A stretch of 64,000 bases of DNA from Candidatus Poribacteria bacterium (GTDB lineage: Bacteria > Poribacteria > WGA-4E > UBA9662), in assembly GCA_046582655.1 (NCBI GenBank), contig JAYGDX010000068.1, positions 1 to 64,000 on the forward strand, in the 5' to 3' direction. The first letter of the stretch is position 1. Each line of letters opens with the position of its first letter. This document shows, one piece after another, positions 38,401 through 49,781 of this stretch. Under the pieces are notes generated by a model. The model made no database searches and was not told the origin of the DNA. It saw nothing but the letters and a program-made list of their open reading frames with translations. A program made the translations under genes and the position numbers.

Positions 38401-40297
38401 CTTTTACACAGATTTAGTTATTGGCACATCAAGCGTCACCGTAACAGCAAAAGACCTGAGATCTGTCGCACATGAGCTTGAGATAAAAGGAGCTATTGAC
38501 GGCATTTTTGTCGCGGGAAGTCCAGTAACATTTCATCAAAAAGCAACTATTATAGCACAAGGAAGGCCGGATCAAAGGGCGGCATTTTCCATTGCCAACT
38601 TAGTTGCCGACCAAATCATGGTTGAATCTACCGATACAAAAGGGAAGTATCTGGCACAGTTTACACCAGTCGCTGATAAGCATCTGAAAGGAAACTATGA
38701 TGTAATTGTTAAGATCGGCAAAAGTAAAAAAACGCTAACAGATGGGATTGTTATTGAGACAACGCCGATTATAAAAACCTCAACAATCAATCGTAATCAA
38801 CTTCGGAATGGCCAATTATTAATGATACAGGTGGAAGGAAATCGATCAGGGCTTTTAGTAATCGCCGATATTTCTGAATTGGATTCGACTGCGGGAAGTC
38901 CCATAAAGCTTTCTGAGAACCGGTCACTGGAAAGGACATATTCTGCAACCTTTCGCGTTCATGATGAAAATGAACATGATGATGGAGTAAAAACTATAAA
39001 GATCTCCGCACAAGATCCACAGGGAAACAAAACAGGTGAGCTTGCCCAAAAGGTTGTATTACGAAATGTTATCGAGTTTGAATTAAACATTCCAAAGAAT
39101 ATTGGTTTAATCCACGTTCCAATACAAATCAGCCAAGTGAACGGTCAGCCGGCAATGGTTAAAACTATCGGTGATTTATACAATATCCTCGGCGGATTCA
39201 AAAACGTTAATTTCTTGATTGCCTACGATCACAACGCACTGGTCTGGAGAAGTTTTCTTGGAGATCGAAGCTATGGAAAACTGGCCAATCAGCTTATTTC
39301 AGAGACTACAGGAATTATCAGCGTTATGCGAAAACCTGTGAGCCTGAAACTTGTCGGTAGAGCTCTTGGAAAACGTGGGGGAAGTCGGATCAAACTGTAC
39401 AAAGGATTAAATTTAATTGGTCTTCCTCTTGATGATAATCGTTTTAAGTATCTGAGCGGTTTTCTCAAAGTTAATGGAATCGGAAAAATTGTCAAAAGTA
39501 TTGTAGCCTCGGAAAATGGTACCTTCAGGACAATTGCTCGATCTAATACAAACGATGAACTAGTCATTGTACATGATATACCCATAGAACCTGGCAAGGC
39601 GGTTGCGTTTATCTGCTCGGAAGAAGGAGCAATCGATATTACTGGAGAAGCTTGGGATCAGTTAGAGAAAGGCCAACAAATTCCTGCTTCGCCAACCACC
39701 ATAATAGAACCGAATTTTAGTGATACACCAATCTTGATTGTGCACGGCCTTCTGCCCTATGAAAGCGGCATGACGCAATTGACTGTCAAGAATTTATCAA
39801 AAAACTATGCACTTAAACCTATGATTATCAACAATTATTATCAGGCTTCTTTCATCAACCTGGATTCAGAAAATGTGGTTGAAATCGGTGATATTATTGA
39901 AATTAGCGCATCGAAAATCCATGGAAACATGATGATTGATACCGCCCAACACGTTATAATGCTTCAGGATATCCAAAATAAGCAAATTCGTGCTGATTTA
40001 GCAGTAGTTGCAGTTCCGAAGGTATCAAGTCTGAGCCAGAACTTTCCTAACCCGTTCAACCCAGAGACTTGGATTCATTATCAACTTCCAGAACCATCAG
40101 ATGTTAAGATTTTGATTTATGATGTATCAGGTATGCTGGTTCGACAGATTGCAGTTGGTTTAAAATCCCTTGGAACTCACGTAATATATTGGGATGGCCG
40201 ATCAACCACGGGTGAGCAGATGGCAAGTGGCGTTTACTACTATCATCTTGATGCAGGAAAATTTCAATTCACGCGAAAGATGACTCTTCTCAAATGA
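35492..40297 (+). CDS. Large secreted protein: two right-handed beta-helix modules, Ig/FN3-like domains, C-terminal FlgD-Ig/T9SS-CTD-like tail
   Basis: Signal peptide, VPKDQPTIQNAI and VPGDQPTIQDAV module starts, GGGI/GGAI repeats, DIGAYE, YYFEYG, QNFPNPFNPETWIHYQL...WDG...RKMTLLK. Confidence 0.88.
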   Translation: MIRQRSSLVFVLLLFASVTQAITISVPKDQPTIQNAIYAASDGDEVIVSTGIYKETITLSGKNIILRSINPTDKEIIRATIIDGNGKGSVITLTGIEDETCVLSGFTITNGNSINGGGINGNGSSAIIEHCLIIANSSISLLANANGGGIYGSNGIIQYNTIRGNSVEALSGSRVTANGGAISDCNGIIRNNIITNNFAYAPSAGANGGGLAYCDGIIENNIIANNAVSAFWDTFGGGLAYCDGYIINNTIVYNELRSRTGLPNYQQGSGLYHCKGTVKNSIIWDNLNGLPIVATSTPSYSCVEEGVIGIGLVSENPQFIAPQSWDFRLDAGSPCIDAGDNRDAPRTDLIGTERILKVDIGAYEWTNLPLVLWSSSQVDKQTTQLKGKINSNGAVTEYYFEYGKTNGYGLSTNVKQLTGEFANLSVSEVITDLEPNQTYHFRLNAQNNAGLVHGINQTFTSNVPVIYVPGDQPTIQDAVDFSKAGDTIIIADGIYIGSRNQNINFQGKPITVRSENGANRCVINCEGLGQGFIFHNSETTESIIAGLTITNGRGSGGAISCIGASPTIRNCRITNNTATGTNDGYGGGIYCRDANPVISNCEILDNDYGGGIYCIRSSPKISDCKFLANNTSMNGGGIRCDFSSPVITNSIFTSNTAEGNGGAIYCQSSSPTITNSVFTQNSARYGGAIAGLIYSMPSIVNCTITANTATAIGGAVHVKATSYPQIINTLIWNNTPDEIHFEGNPLPISYSNIKGGYKGPGNINTNPIFVDQELSDYRLVTLSKCIGSASFTFAPPTDLLGDLRQDPPTIGAYEVGVNAPDQYKIRVESDVGGLILPSGEVPVNRKMDQLFTIKPNDGYYLADVEVDGGSVGTITEYTFNKVRSNHTIFAKFISLPQSLSIKSEKSLYKGNTAEIYIDLLDINGDKTSAVDSIVIELKSTSENATFSVDINNTIPINEIIIPEGEDSANFFYTDLVIGTSSVTVTAKDLRSVAHELEIKGAIDGIFVAGSPVTFHQKATIIAQGRPDQRAAFSIANLVADQIMVESTDTKGKYLAQFTPVADKHLKGNYDVIVKIGKSKKTLTDGIVIETTPIIKTSTINRNQLRNGQLLMIQVEGNRSGLLVIADISELDSTAGSPIKLSENRSLERTYSATFRVHDENEHDDGVKTIKISAQDPQGNKTGELAQKVVLRNVIEFELNIPKNIGLIHVPIQISQVNGQPAMVKTIGDLYNILGGFKNVNFLIAYDHNALVWRSFLGDRSYGKLANQLISETTGIISVMRKPVSLKLVGRALGKRGGSRIKLYKGLNLIGLPLDDNRFKYLSGFLKVNGIGKIVKSIVASENGTFRTIARSNTNDELVIVHDIPIEPGKAVAFICSEEGAIDITGEAWDQLEKGQQIPASPTTIIEPNFSDTPILIVHGLLPYESGMTQLTVKNLSKNYALKPMIINNYYQASFINLDSENVVEIGDIIEISASKIHGNMMIDTAQHVIMLQDIQNKQIRADLAVVAVPKVSSLSQNFPNPFNPETWIHYQLPEPSDVKILIYDVSGMLVRQIAVGLKSLGTHVIYWDGRSTTGEQMASGVYYYHLDAGKFQFTRKMTLLK

Positions 40298-40357
40298 AAG
40301 AATCTGTTATAATATATTTAACATCTTGATGCGGGGATGTAGGATTCAGAAGATAAA

Positions 40358-40960
40358 ATGCAAATTGTTCATCTCTTATCAGTTCTTGCCTTATTGCTAT
40401 TTTTGATTGGATGTGGTCCGGACTTCGATGATGTGATTGATGTCAACCAGTTAGTCAGTTCGGGATGGGCTAAATACGAAGCAGGTGAATTTGATGAAGC
40501 TCTTAATCTGTTTAACCAAGCAATATTAGCAGACAACCAAAATTCGGAGGCTCAGATTGGAATTGGTTGGAGTTTCTTCGGTAAACAAAAAGCACAAAGT
40601 GCAATCAATGAGTTTGAAAAGGCATTAATACTGAAATCGGATGCTACCGATGCATATGTAGGGCTTTCTGGTGCGTACCTTGCAGTTGAGAACTACAAAT
40701 CTGCCATTGAAAATGCTCAAGAGGCGCTCAACCAACAACCAGATTATATTTTTGAACATAACCCATTGATTACTAAAAGAAACTTACATCTCGTTATTGC
40801 TAAAGGCTATTACTTTCTTGGAAGTCTTGAGAAATCTCTGGATTCTATCCATATTATTGATGAATCAATAGAGATAGAAAAATCCGATCTTGAATCCGAA
40901 TTGCCAAAAGTTTTAGAAAAATTGACTCGAAGTTTGGCACAGAACATGTATGGCGAATAA
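40358..40960 (+). CDS. TPR lipoprotein
   Basis: Lipobox LIGC; TPR repeats (GWAKYEAGEF, IGIGWSFF, AYVGLSGAY). Confidence 0.85.
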   Translation: MQIVHLLSVLALLLFLIGCGPDFDDVIDVNQLVSSGWAKYEAGEFDEALNLFNQAILADNQNSEAQIGIGWSFFGKQKAQSAINEFEKALILKSDATDAYVGLSGAYLAVENYKSAIENAQEALNQQPDYIFEHNPLITKRNLHLVIAKGYYFLGSLEKSLDSIHIIDESIEIEKSDLESELPKVLEKLTRSLAQNMYGE

Positions 40961-40963
40961 GAG

Positions 40964-41734
40964 ATGGCAGGAAGAATTGGTCTGTTTTCTTGCATAATTC
41001 ATGTTGCACTAATTATGGTATTCTATCTTACCTCCACATACGGAGAAGAAAGATCCACCCCATGCAACTATGTCATCAAAATAGATAAAAAGAAAATTTA
41101 CTTTGATCTGGGATATAACCATGGAGTTCGGAAAGGAATGGTTTATCAGGTTCTTCGAAGAGGCGATAATGCTGAACGGGTCCAAATCGCAAAAATTTTC
41201 GTAACTGAGACTTTCGATGGAGTATCCAAAGCGGTATTAAACGAAAATTCCACCGACTTCGTCATCGAAGTTGGTGATTGGGTTGAAATTATTTTAGAAT
41301 CTGCAGTTGGAGCAATACGGCCTATGGAAGAGATACAGAAAGATGAAAACAAGGAAATTAAGTCGAAACCATCGGTAATTCCAGCCGTACATGAAACTAA
41401 AGAGGAAACGGGATCACAATTCAATTGGATGAAATGGACAACACTAACCACTGGAGTTGTAACGGGACTGGCATCAGCTTCCTACTATAATTCAATCAAT
41501 TCGACTAACCGTGAAATTGAACAGGCTGAAAAAAACCAAGAATACGTTATAAAAGTTAGACAACTTGCTAATAAAGGGAAGAAAGCTCAAACAAGATACT
41601 ATATTTTTACCGGAATTTCGGCAACTTTACTCAGCTATGCCAGCTATAAGTTTTTACTGGATAGCCGAACTAATTCTACAACCTTCAATATTTCACGGAA
41701 ACATATGGAATTTAGATTTCATCGAAACTTTTGA
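40964..41734 (+). CDS. Exported hypothetical protein, FlgT C-terminal-like domain plus C-terminal hydrophobic segments
   Basis: IYFDLGYNHGVRKGMVYQV...IEVGDWV; operon spacing of 3 bp. Confidence 0.55.
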   Translation: MAGRIGLFSCIIHVALIMVFYLTSTYGEERSTPCNYVIKIDKKKIYFDLGYNHGVRKGMVYQVLRRGDNAERVQIAKIFVTETFDGVSKAVLNENSTDFVIEVGDWVEIILESAVGAIRPMEEIQKDENKEIKSKPSVIPAVHETKEETGSQFNWMKWTTLTTGVVTGLASASYYNSINSTNREIEQAEKNQEYVIKVRQLANKGKKAQTRYYIFTGISATLLSYASYKFLLDSRTNSTTFNISRKHMEFRFHRNF

Positions 41735-41759
41735 GATATATGAAGGAGAAAAACAGAAG

Positions 41760-42914
41760 TTGAAGAAGAGGAAGGATCATTATCGCACACTGGGAGTGGA
41801 TTTCGATGCAACGTACGATGAAATCAAAAATGCATACCGAAAGGTAGCCATTCAGTACCATCCAGATAAAAATCTTGGTGATCAGCAAGCGGAAGAAAAA
41901 TTCAAGGCTTTGTCAGAAGCATATACTATTTTAAGCAACCCAGATCAGCGTAGAATATACGATCAAGCAGAAAGGGTAAGCTCGGGGTTAAATTATTCCA
42001 CTTCAAGCCGGAAAACTGCCGAACATAGTTCAGCCGATTTGAACAACATTTTTAATGACATTCTGAAACCCAGCAAATCAAATTCAAAAACGAACGAATA
42101 CACCAATTCGCATAAACACCGTCAGCAAAAGACCTCTCCTACGGACAATGTTGACATTAAAACAAGAGGCAAACCAGGAAACGATGTCAATACTGAAATA
42201 GCTATTTCGTTTGCTCAGTCCATCTCGGGTACAGAAGAAAATATCCGGCTTAAACGCAATGAAACCTGCAAAACCTGTGAAGGAATTGGAACCAGCGAGG
42301 AGTCAATTCAGTCTATCTGTCCAAGATGCATAGGAAAAGGCCAAGTCTCACAGTCACCATCGCTTAGCAAAGTAAAACTCGACCAGATTTGCAATCGCTG
42401 TGACGGAAAGGGAACTATCATTCATCAGCCGTGTGAAAATTGTCACGGTATCGGTGTGGTTAAAAAAGAACGGACACTGAGAGTTAAGATTCCATCAATG
42501 ACTGATAATGGTAGTTTACTTCGTTTAACAAACCAAGGACATGCCGGTGAAAATCGTGGAAATTTCGGGAATCTTTTTGTCAAAGTCGTGGTTGAAAAAC
42601 ATCCTGTCCTTGAACGGGATGGATATGACTTAAAGTGTCATATTCCAATTGGGTTTGCTACGGCAGCACTGGGCGGAAAAATAGAAGTACCGACTTTGAC
42701 CGGTCATGCTAAACTTGAGATTCCAAGTGGTACCCAGCCAAACAAAACGTTCCAAATTAATAATTTAGGAATCAAGAAGAACAAAGACGAACAAGGTAAT
42801 CTTTCTGTTACTGTTGAAATCTATGTGCCCACAAAGCTGAATAAAAAACAACAAAAACTATTGAGAGAATACAAAAAGATTGAACCAAAGTATAAATTTA
42901 ACGGAAAGAATTAG
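41760..42914 (+). CDS. dnaJ: DnaJ-family co-chaperone (J domain, Zn finger, C-terminal domain)
   Basis: HPDKN, four CxxCxGxG repeats, ALGGKIEVPTL; TTG start with AGGAG RBS; the longer ORF overlaps the previous gene. Confidence 0.88.
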   Translation: MKKRKDHYRTLGVDFDATYDEIKNAYRKVAIQYHPDKNLGDQQAEEKFKALSEAYTILSNPDQRRIYDQAERVSSGLNYSTSSRKTAEHSSADLNNIFNDILKPSKSNSKTNEYTNSHKHRQQKTSPTDNVDIKTRGKPGNDVNTEIAISFAQSISGTEENIRLKRNETCKTCEGIGTSEESIQSICPRCIGKGQVSQSPSLSKVKLDQICNRCDGKGTIIHQPCENCHGIGVVKKERTLRVKIPSMTDNGSLLRLTNQGHAGENRGNFGNLFVKVVVEKHPVLERDGYDLKCHIPIGFATAALGGKIEVPTLTGHAKLEIPSGTQPNKTFQINNLGIKKNKDEQGNLSVTVEIYVPTKLNKKQQKLLREYKKIEPKYKFNGKN

Positions 42915-42940
42915 ACTACCTCGTAGCCGCAGCAGTTTAA

Positions 42941-44437
42941 TCAGGGCAGATCGGTCGTACCCATCAAATAACGATCGACCTCACGTGCCGCTTCCCGACC
43001 TTCTTTGAAGGCCCAAACGACCAAACTCTGGCCTCGACGTATATCTCCCGCCGCAAAAACCCCCGGCACATTGGTCGTATATTTACCTTCTTTCGCTTGG
43101 ACGTTTGAACGTGGGTCACGCTCGACACCGAGTTGCTCCAGCATGGTATCTTCTGGGCCGAGGAAACCCATGGCTATCAACACCAGATCGGCAGGCCGGA
43201 CCGTTTCGGTACCTTCGACCGATTTAGGAAATTGTCTTCCATCATCACCTGCCACCCATTCGTATTGGCTTGTGTGTAGTTCCTTAACGTTGCCGTTTTC
43301 ATCACCGACAAATTTGGTTGTGCTGGTCAGATATTCACGAGGGTCAGCATAACCAAATTTGGCTGCCGCTTCTTCCTGACCATAATCTAGTTTGTAGATT
43401 CGGGGGAACTCGGGCCACGGGTTATTAGGTGCTCGCTCATCCGGTGGGCGAGCAACAATTTCGAACTGGGTCATCGTTTTGCAACCGTGTCGCATAGAGG
43501 TGCCAACACAGTCGGTTCCCGTATCCCCACCACCAATTACGATTACGTGCTTGTCTTTGGCTGAGATGTAGCTACCATCCGCATGCTTGGAATCGAGCAA
43601 ACTCTTGGTATTCTGGTGCAGGAATTTGACGGCAAAATGAATGCCATTTAGATCACGGCCTTCAATCGGTAAGTCCCTTGGTTTAGTGGCCCCACCACAA
43701 AGGACAACGGCATCAAATGATTGGACTAACTCTGTGGCTTGAATATCTGTGCCAATTTCAGTATTGGTGACGAAAGTAACGCCTTCTTCCGTCATTAAGT
43801 CTACCCGACGCTGGACATACTCTTTATCTAACTTCATGTTAGGGATTCCGTACATTAATAATCCACCAATCCGGTCGGCCCTTTCGTAAACTGTCACCAG
43901 ATGCCCTGCTTTATTCAGTTGAGCGGCACAAGAGAGGCCCGCTGGACCAGAACCGACAGCAGCAACCGTTTTTCCCGTCCGGCGTTCGGGGGGGGAGGCC
44001 ACGATCCAACCTTCTTCCCAACCTTTATCTGCGATGGAGACTTCGATGTTCTTGATTGTCACGGCTGGCTCGGTGATGCCTAAAACACAAGCCCCTTCAC
44101 ACGGTGCTGGACAGACCCGTCCAGTGAATTCTGGGAAGTTGTTGGTCTTGTGCAGACGATCCAGTGCCTCTTTCCACAATCCTCGGTAGATCAGATCATT
44201 CCATTCCGGGATCAGGTTGTTAATCGGACAGCCTGATGCAAATGGGGTGGTTTCTGGCAATCGCATACCGGTATGGCAAAACGGAACACCACAATCCATG
44301 CAGCGAGAACCTTGTATCTGCAACCTTCCTTCATCAAAGTGCAGATGGAATTCATCCCAATCTTCAATACGATCTAACGGTGAACGGTCATCCGGAAGCT
44401 CCTGGTCATACTCCATGAATCCGGTCGGTTTTCCCAT
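42941..44437 (-). CDS. gltD: Glutamate synthase small subunit
   Basis: [49 protein letters not shown]. Confidence 0.97.
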   Translation of the reverse strand: MGKPTGFMEYDQELPDDRSPLDRIEDWDEFHLHFDEGRLQIQGSRCMDCGVPFCHTGMRLPETTPFASGCPINNLIPEWNDLIYRGLWKEALDRLHKTNNFPEFTGRVCPAPCEGACVLGITEPAVTIKNIEVSIADKGWEEGWIVASPPERRTGKTVAAVGSGPAGLSCAAQLNKAGHLVTVYERADRIGGLLMYGIPNMKLDKEYVQRRVDLMTEEGVTFVTNTEIGTDIQATELVQSFDAVVLCGGATKPRDLPIEGRDLNGIHFAVKFLHQNTKSLLDSKHADGSYISAKDKHVIVIGGGDTGTDCVGTSMRHGCKTMTQFEIVARPPDERAPNNPWPEFPRIYKLDYGQEEAAAKFGYADPREYLTSTTKFVGDENGNVKELHTSQYEWVAGDDGRQFPKSVEGTETVRPADLVLIAMGFLGPEDTMLEQLGVERDPRSNVQAKEGKYTTNVPGVFAAGDIRRGQSLVVWAFKEGREAAREVDRYLMGTTDLP

Positions 44438-44505
44438 CCTATCTCCTTCGCCTTAAAACTTTTTTAAGTTCTGTGTGTATTTTAAATTCACACAGAAGAC
44501 ATCAT

Positions 44506-47500
44506 TTAGACATTCGCTGAAACCTCAATACCACGCCGAAATGCAGCTAACCATGCATCATCGCCCTGTAGACCTTCTTTTTGAACTTCTTGGTAGGCGT
44601 CAAGGATACGTTTATAGTCATCCGGCACCACCTTGACAAATTGAGACACGATTTTGTCCCAATCGGCTAAAATCTCCCAAGCTAGGCTACTGCGTGTGTA
44701 CTCAGCGTGTCGGTGTATCATCCCTCTGACATCTTCAATTTCTTCAGTATCTTTTAGTCCTTCAAGGCCGCACTGATCCTGGTTGCAACGAATATGGAAG
44801 TCGCCATCGCGATCAAGGACATAGGCAGTCCCCCCCGACATACCTCCAGCAAAATTACGACCGGTTTCACCAAGGATGACGACCTTACCTCCAGTCATAT
44901 ATTCACATCCATGATCTCCAACTCCTTCGACGACTGCGTGAACACCACTATTCCGGACACAGAATCGCTCGCCGACCAACCCACGAATGTATGCTTCTCC
45001 GCTAGTCGCACCGTAAAAAGCCACATTACCAGCGATAATGTTCTCTTCAGGCTTAAATGATGATCCTTCAGGTGGGTATGCGATCAGCTTACTGCCGGAA
45101 AGACCTTTTCCAAAGTAGTCGTTCGCATCACCTTCAAGACGGAAGGTGATGCCAGGAGGAGTGAAGGCAGCAAAAGACTGTCCAGCAGATCCTTGAAAAT
45201 GAATGTCGATGGTATCCTCCGGCAAGCCTTCAGGTCCAAATTTCCGAGTTACATCGCTTCCCAGAATTGTGCCAACTACTCGATCTGTATTTTTGATCGG
45301 CAAAGTTCCTGTAACCTTCTCTCCCTTTTGCAAAGCCGGTTCGCAAAGATCAAGTAGAACTTGATTATCTACCGAATTTTCTAGACCGTGATCTTGATCA
45401 ATTTGGCAATATCGACCGATTTCTGGACCAACATCAGGTTGGTGGAGAATTGGCGTTAGATCCAATCCTTTAGCTTTCCAGTGTTCAACAGCTTTCTTTG
45501 GCTCAAGCAGATCGGTACGCCCAATCATCTCACTGACAGTTCGCATACCAAGACTGGCCATAATTTCACGCATGTCCTCTGCAATGAAGCGAAGGAAATT
45601 GACTACATATTCCGGATCACCCATAAAATTTTTGCGTAGTTCCGGATTCTGCGTAGCAACACCAACAGGACAGGTATCGAGATGACAGACTCGCATCATA
45701 ATACAACCGAGCGAAACTAAAGGAGTTGTAGCAAATCCAAACTCTTCAGCACCCAATAATGTTGCCATAACAACATCGCGGCCTGTTTTTAACTGACCGT
45801 CAGTCTCCACCACGATGCGAGAGCGCAGGTTATTCAGTACCAAGGTCTGGTGGGTTTCAGCTACACCCAACTCCCAAGGTAATCCTGCATGCTTGATACT
45901 GGTCTGAGGTGAAGCCCCCGTACCACCATCAAGGCCACTAATTAAAACCACGTCAGCGTGTCCTTTGGCCACACCGGCAGCAATGGTTCCAACGCCGACT
46001 TCGGAAACAAGCTTGACATTGATCCGCGCGTGATGATTCGAGTTTTTCAGATCATGAATCAACTGAGCCAAATCTTCAATAGAGTAGATATCATGGTGTG
46101 GTGGTGGTGAGATGAGTTCAACACCCGGAGTGGAGTGTCGAACCTTGGCAATCCATGGGTAGACCTTACGACCTGGTAACTCCCCTCCCTCACCAGGTTT
46201 TGCTCCCTGCGCCATTTTGATCTGTAGTTCCTTAGCATGAACCAAATAGTTACTGGTTACACCAAACCGACCGGAAGCAACCTGCTTAATGGCACTGTTT
46301 TTCGAGTCACCATTTGGCTCAAGAGTGTATCGAATTGGATCTTCTCCACCTTCACCAGTGTTGCTTTTCCCACCGATGCGGTTCATGGCAATCGCCAACG
46401 CCTCATGCGCTTCCTTGCTTATAGATCCATAGGACATAGCCCCAGTTTTAAATCGCTTAAATATTTCTTCGACAGGCTCTACTTCTTCAATCGGGATCGG
46501 ATCGTCGTCCAATTTCAATTCTAGCAACCCGCGTAAAGTGCCAATTTGCTCGGAGTGCTCATTAATTAGCTCGGCGTACTCTTTATAGACATCGTAGTTA
46601 TTGGTACGAGTGGCCAATTGCAACTTGTGGATCGTCTTGGGGTTGAACAAATGGTATTCACCATCTTGACGCCATTGATACTGACCACCAACATCCAACG
46701 TTTGATTATCAACTGGAATATCGGGATAGGCCCGACGATGCCTCATGAATGCTTCACGAGCGATCACGTCCAAGCCAATGCCCTCCACACGGGTATCCGT
46801 CCAAGTGAAGTATTTATTAACGACTTCTTGCTTAATGCCGATGGCCTCAAAAATCTGAGCGCCTCGATAGGACTTAATCGTTGAAATTCCCATCTTGGCC
46901 ATCACTTTGATGACACCTTTCGTAGCGGATTTGATATACCCTTTCACCGCATCATGGTAGGCAATATCTGTCAGTTGGCCTTCTTGAATCATGTCAGCCA
47001 AACTTTCAAAAGCCATATAGGGATTGATGGCTTGCACACCATAGCCAATCAACAAACAAAAATGATGGACTTCACGCGATTCACCGGACTCAAGCGCAAT
47101 TCCAACTTTCGTTCGAGATCCCTCTCTGATTAAATGATGGTGTAGACCTGAAACGGCAAGTAATGCTGGAATTGGTACGTGGTCCTTATCGAGTCCTCGA
47201 TCCGATAAGATCAGAATATTGTAGTCGTCTTCAATGGCTTGATCGGCTGCTGTAAATAGTTTATCCAGTGCTTTTTCAAGTCCATCTTCGCCATCGGATC
47301 GGGCGAATAGAATCGGCAACGTTGTAGAGCTAAAACCAGGTTGATCGATTTGACGGAGCTGTTCTAGTTCTTCGTCCGATAGGACTGGTGTTTGCAACTT
47401 AACCTGCCGACAACTTTCGGGTTGTGGATTGAGGAGATTTCGTTCCGGCCCAATGGTTGTTTCAGCAGAGGTGATGATTTCCTCTTTAAGCGGATCTAAA

Positions 47501-49119
47501 GGTGGATTAGTTACCTGTGCGAAAAGCTGCTTAAAATAATTATAGAGCAGCTGCGGTTTATGGGACAAAACCGCTAAAGGAGCATCGTTTCCCATTGAGC
47601 CAACTGGATCTCTGCCGATCTTTGACATCGGTCCTAGAAAAACTCGTTGATCTTCGAAAGTGTAGCCGAAAGCTTGTTGACGTTGTAAGATGGCGTTATG
47701 ATCTTTTTCCGGTTCTTTCGGTTGTACTTCCGGTAAATCTGACAGGGAAACCATATACTTATCCAACCATTGGCGGTAAGGATGTTCAGCAGCGATCTGA
47801 TTCTTGACCTCCTCATCACTGACAATTCGACCTTCCTGAGTATCGATTAGCAGAATCCGCCCCGGTTGTAGCCGACCTTTGTAAGCTACCATTTCGGGTG
47901 CGACATCCATTACGCCAGCTTCCGAAGCCAGAACAATCACGTCATCTTTGGTGACATAGTAGCGTGAGGGTCGCAGACCGTTTCGGTCGAGGCAGGCACC
48001 AACCACTATCCCGTCGGTGAAAGCAATTGAAGCAGGACCATCCCACGGTTCCATTAAGCAACTGTGGTATTCATAAAAAGCACGTTTCTCGTCGCTCATA
48101 CTCTCATGATTCTCCCAAGGTTCGGGAATCATCATCATAGCAGCATGTGGCATTGATCGCCCAGCCAAAGAAAGGAACTCTAGGCAATTGTCAAAGATGG
48201 CAGAGTCGCTACCATCCTCATCCAAAATCGGGAAAACTTTCGACAAATCCTCTCCAAACAATTCGGATGCTAACATAGCTTGCCGAGTTTTCATCCAATT
48301 CTGGTTGCCACGTACCGTGTTAATTTCACCGTTATGGATTAGATATCGATATGGGTGAGACCGCTCCCAAGAGGGAAAAGTGTTAGTGGAAAATCGGGAG
48401 TGAATAAGAGCGATCGCTGTTGCCATACGGGAATCCTGTAGATCCGGATAGAATTCCCTGACCTGCATGGTGGTGAGCATGCCCTTGTAAACAATGGTTC
48501 GACAGGATAAGCTAGGGATATAGAAGTTTGGATCTTGACCCCCATACCGAATGATATTGGAGGCCCGTTTTCGAATGAGGTACAACTTGCGATCGAAAGC
48601 TAAATCATCTTGTATTTCAGAACCACGACCAATAAAAGCTTGCCAGACAGATGGTTCGGCTGAACGAGAAGTCGGTCCCAAGTAAAAATTGTCGGTTGGT
48701 ACTCTGCGCCAACCAAGAAAACTTTGACCTTCTTCGGTGACAATTTCCTCAAACTTTTTCTGGCAGTTGCGGCGTAATTCCCGATCTTCAGTCTGGGTAA
48801 AGAAGATCATGCCCACACCATATTGGCCGCGATCAGGCAAGTCTACACCGATCCCTTCGCAAGCATGTTCAAGAAACTCGTGCGGAATTTGCATGAGAAT
48901 ACCTGCCCCGTCACCCGTGTTATCTTCGCAACCACGAGCCCCTCGGTGATCTAAGCAGTCCAAGGCACCGAGTGCCTGACGTACAATGTGATGAGATCTT
49001 TCTCCGTTGATATTAGCGACAAAGCCAATACCACATGCGTCATGTTCGTAAGTTGGATTGTAGAGTCCCTGCTTTTGGGGCAAGCCAACCTTTTGGGGCA
49101 AGCCAACCAATTTTGTCAT
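44506..49119 (-). CDS. gltB: Glutamate synthase large subunit
   Basis: [48 protein letters not shown]. Confidence 0.98.
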   Translation of the reverse strand: MTKLVGLPQKVGLPQKQGLYNPTYEHDACGIGFVANINGERSHHIVRQALGALDCLDHRGARGCEDNTGDGAGILMQIPHEFLEHACEGIGVDLPDRGQYGVGMIFFTQTEDRELRRNCQKKFEEIVTEEGQSFLGWRRVPTDNFYLGPTSRSAEPSVWQAFIGRGSEIQDDLAFDRKLYLIRKRASNIIRYGGQDPNFYIPSLSCRTIVYKGMLTTMQVREFYPDLQDSRMATAIALIHSRFSTNTFPSWERSHPYRYLIHNGEINTVRGNQNWMKTRQAMLASELFGEDLSKVFPILDEDGSDSAIFDNCLEFLSLAGRSMPHAAMMMIPEPWENHESMSDEKRAFYEYHSCLMEPWDGPASIAFTDGIVVGACLDRNGLRPSRYYVTKDDVIVLASEAGVMDVAPEMVAYKGRLQPGRILLIDTQEGRIVSDEEVKNQIAAEHPYRQWLDKYMVSLSDLPEVQPKEPEKDHNAILQRQQAFGYTFEDQRVFLGPMSKIGRDPVGSMGNDAPLAVLSHKPQLLYNYFKQLFAQVTNPPLDPLKEEIITSAETTIGPERNLLNPQPESCRQVKLQTPVLSDEELEQLRQIDQPGFSSTTLPILFARSDGEDGLEKALDKLFTAADQAIEDDYNILILSDRGLDKDHVPIPALLAVSGLHHHLIREGSRTKVGIALESGESREVHHFCLLIGYGVQAINPYMAFESLADMIQEGQLTDIAYHDAVKGYIKSATKGVIKVMAKMGISTIKSYRGAQIFEAIGIKQEVVNKYFTWTDTRVEGIGLDVIAREAFMRHRRAYPDIPVDNQTLDVGGQYQWRQDGEYHLFNPKTIHKLQLATRTNNYDVYKEYAELINEHSEQIGTLRGLLELKLDDDPIPIEEVEPVEEIFKRFKTGAMSYGSISKEAHEALAIAMNRIGGKSNTGEGGEDPIRYTLEPNGDSKNSAIKQVASGRFGVTSNYLVHAKELQIKMAQGAKPGEGGELPGRKVYPWIAKVRHSTPGVELISPPPHHDIYSIEDLAQLIHDLKNSNHHARINVKLVSEVGVGTIAAGVAKGHADVVLISGLDGGTGASPQTSIKHAGLPWELGVAETHQTLVLNNLRSRIVVETDGQLKTGRDVVMATLLGAEEFGFATTPLVSLGCIMMRVCHLDTCPVGVATQNPELRKNFMGDPEYVVNFLRFIAEDMREIMASLGMRTVSEMIGRTDLLEPKKAVEHWKAKGLDLTPILHQPDVGPEIGRYCQIDQDHGLENSVDNQVLLDLCEPALQKGEKVTGTLPIKNTDRVVGTILGSDVTRKFGPEGLPEDTIDIHFQGSAGQSFAAFTPPGITFRLEGDANDYFGKGLSGSKLIAYPPEGSSFKPEENIIAGNVAFYGATSGEAYIRGLVGERFCVRNSGVHAVVEGVGDHGCEYMTGGKVVILGETGRNFAGGMSGGTAYVLDRDGDFHIRCNQDQCGLEGLKDTEEIEDVRGMIHRHAEYTRSSLAWEILADWDKIVSQFVKVVPDDYKRILDAYQEVQKEGLQGDDAWLAAFRRGIEVSANV

Positions 49120-49421
49120 CGTGGAACCTCCATAATATTGCTACCTAGAAGCTACCTTTTGCCTGTTCTGATATATTTCATTTTCGGGATTTTAAAATAA
49201 ACTCGCATTCATTGTGAGAGAATGACACATCGTCCTACAGAGAATTATAGCTAGGTAGAGAATCACGGTAGGTTGAACGTATAAGGAGTACAATCTTAAG
49301 CAAAAGCCTTCGGTATTGTACTGTAACCGCAATTCAATTTCCCAAAGTCTTGGCAGATATTAACGAGGGGCGCAGGCGGACAGAACATAGCCGTACTGTA
49401 ACTAAATATCACTCGGCCGAG

Positions 49422-49450
49422 ATAATACATTAGATTGATCTTTGTGTCAA
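49422..49450 (-). promoter_or_regulatory. Sigma70 promoter of gltBD
   Basis: TTGACA-17 bp-TATTAT. Confidence 0.7.
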
Positions 49451-49477
49451 GGATTTTAATGAAGCACAAGGATTTCC

Positions 49478-49507
49478 TTGACAGTCCCTCCAATTTTTTG
49501 CTATGAT
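49478..49507 (+). promoter_or_regulatory. Sigma70 promoter of the citrate synthase-like/icd/mdh operon
   Basis: TTGACA-18 bp-TATGAT with TG extension, back-to-back with the gltB promoter. Confidence 0.7.
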
Positions 49508-49781
49508 ATCTATGTTGCTTTGACAGCTCATTGATGGATGCTAGTACTATTCAGTGATTTTTAAGAGCCACCGCAAAATCCAGTTCCTCAAGCTCTATCT
49601 ATATTGATGTTCAAGCCTGACTTTTATATATCATATGGGTAATTATGCCCGAAATTCTATCTTGAATTTCATTTCCATTCAAGAAAACATATACTACGAA
49701 CATTCACCAAATATCGAACTTATGTTTTTTGATAGCAACCCAAGTTGAGCTAGTCCGCTGTTTACTATTAAGGAGAATTCA

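Noticed and set aside
44469..44497. 9-bp hairpin between gltB and gltD as a terminator
   Set aside because: Followed by an A-rich rather than U-rich tract on the coding strand.
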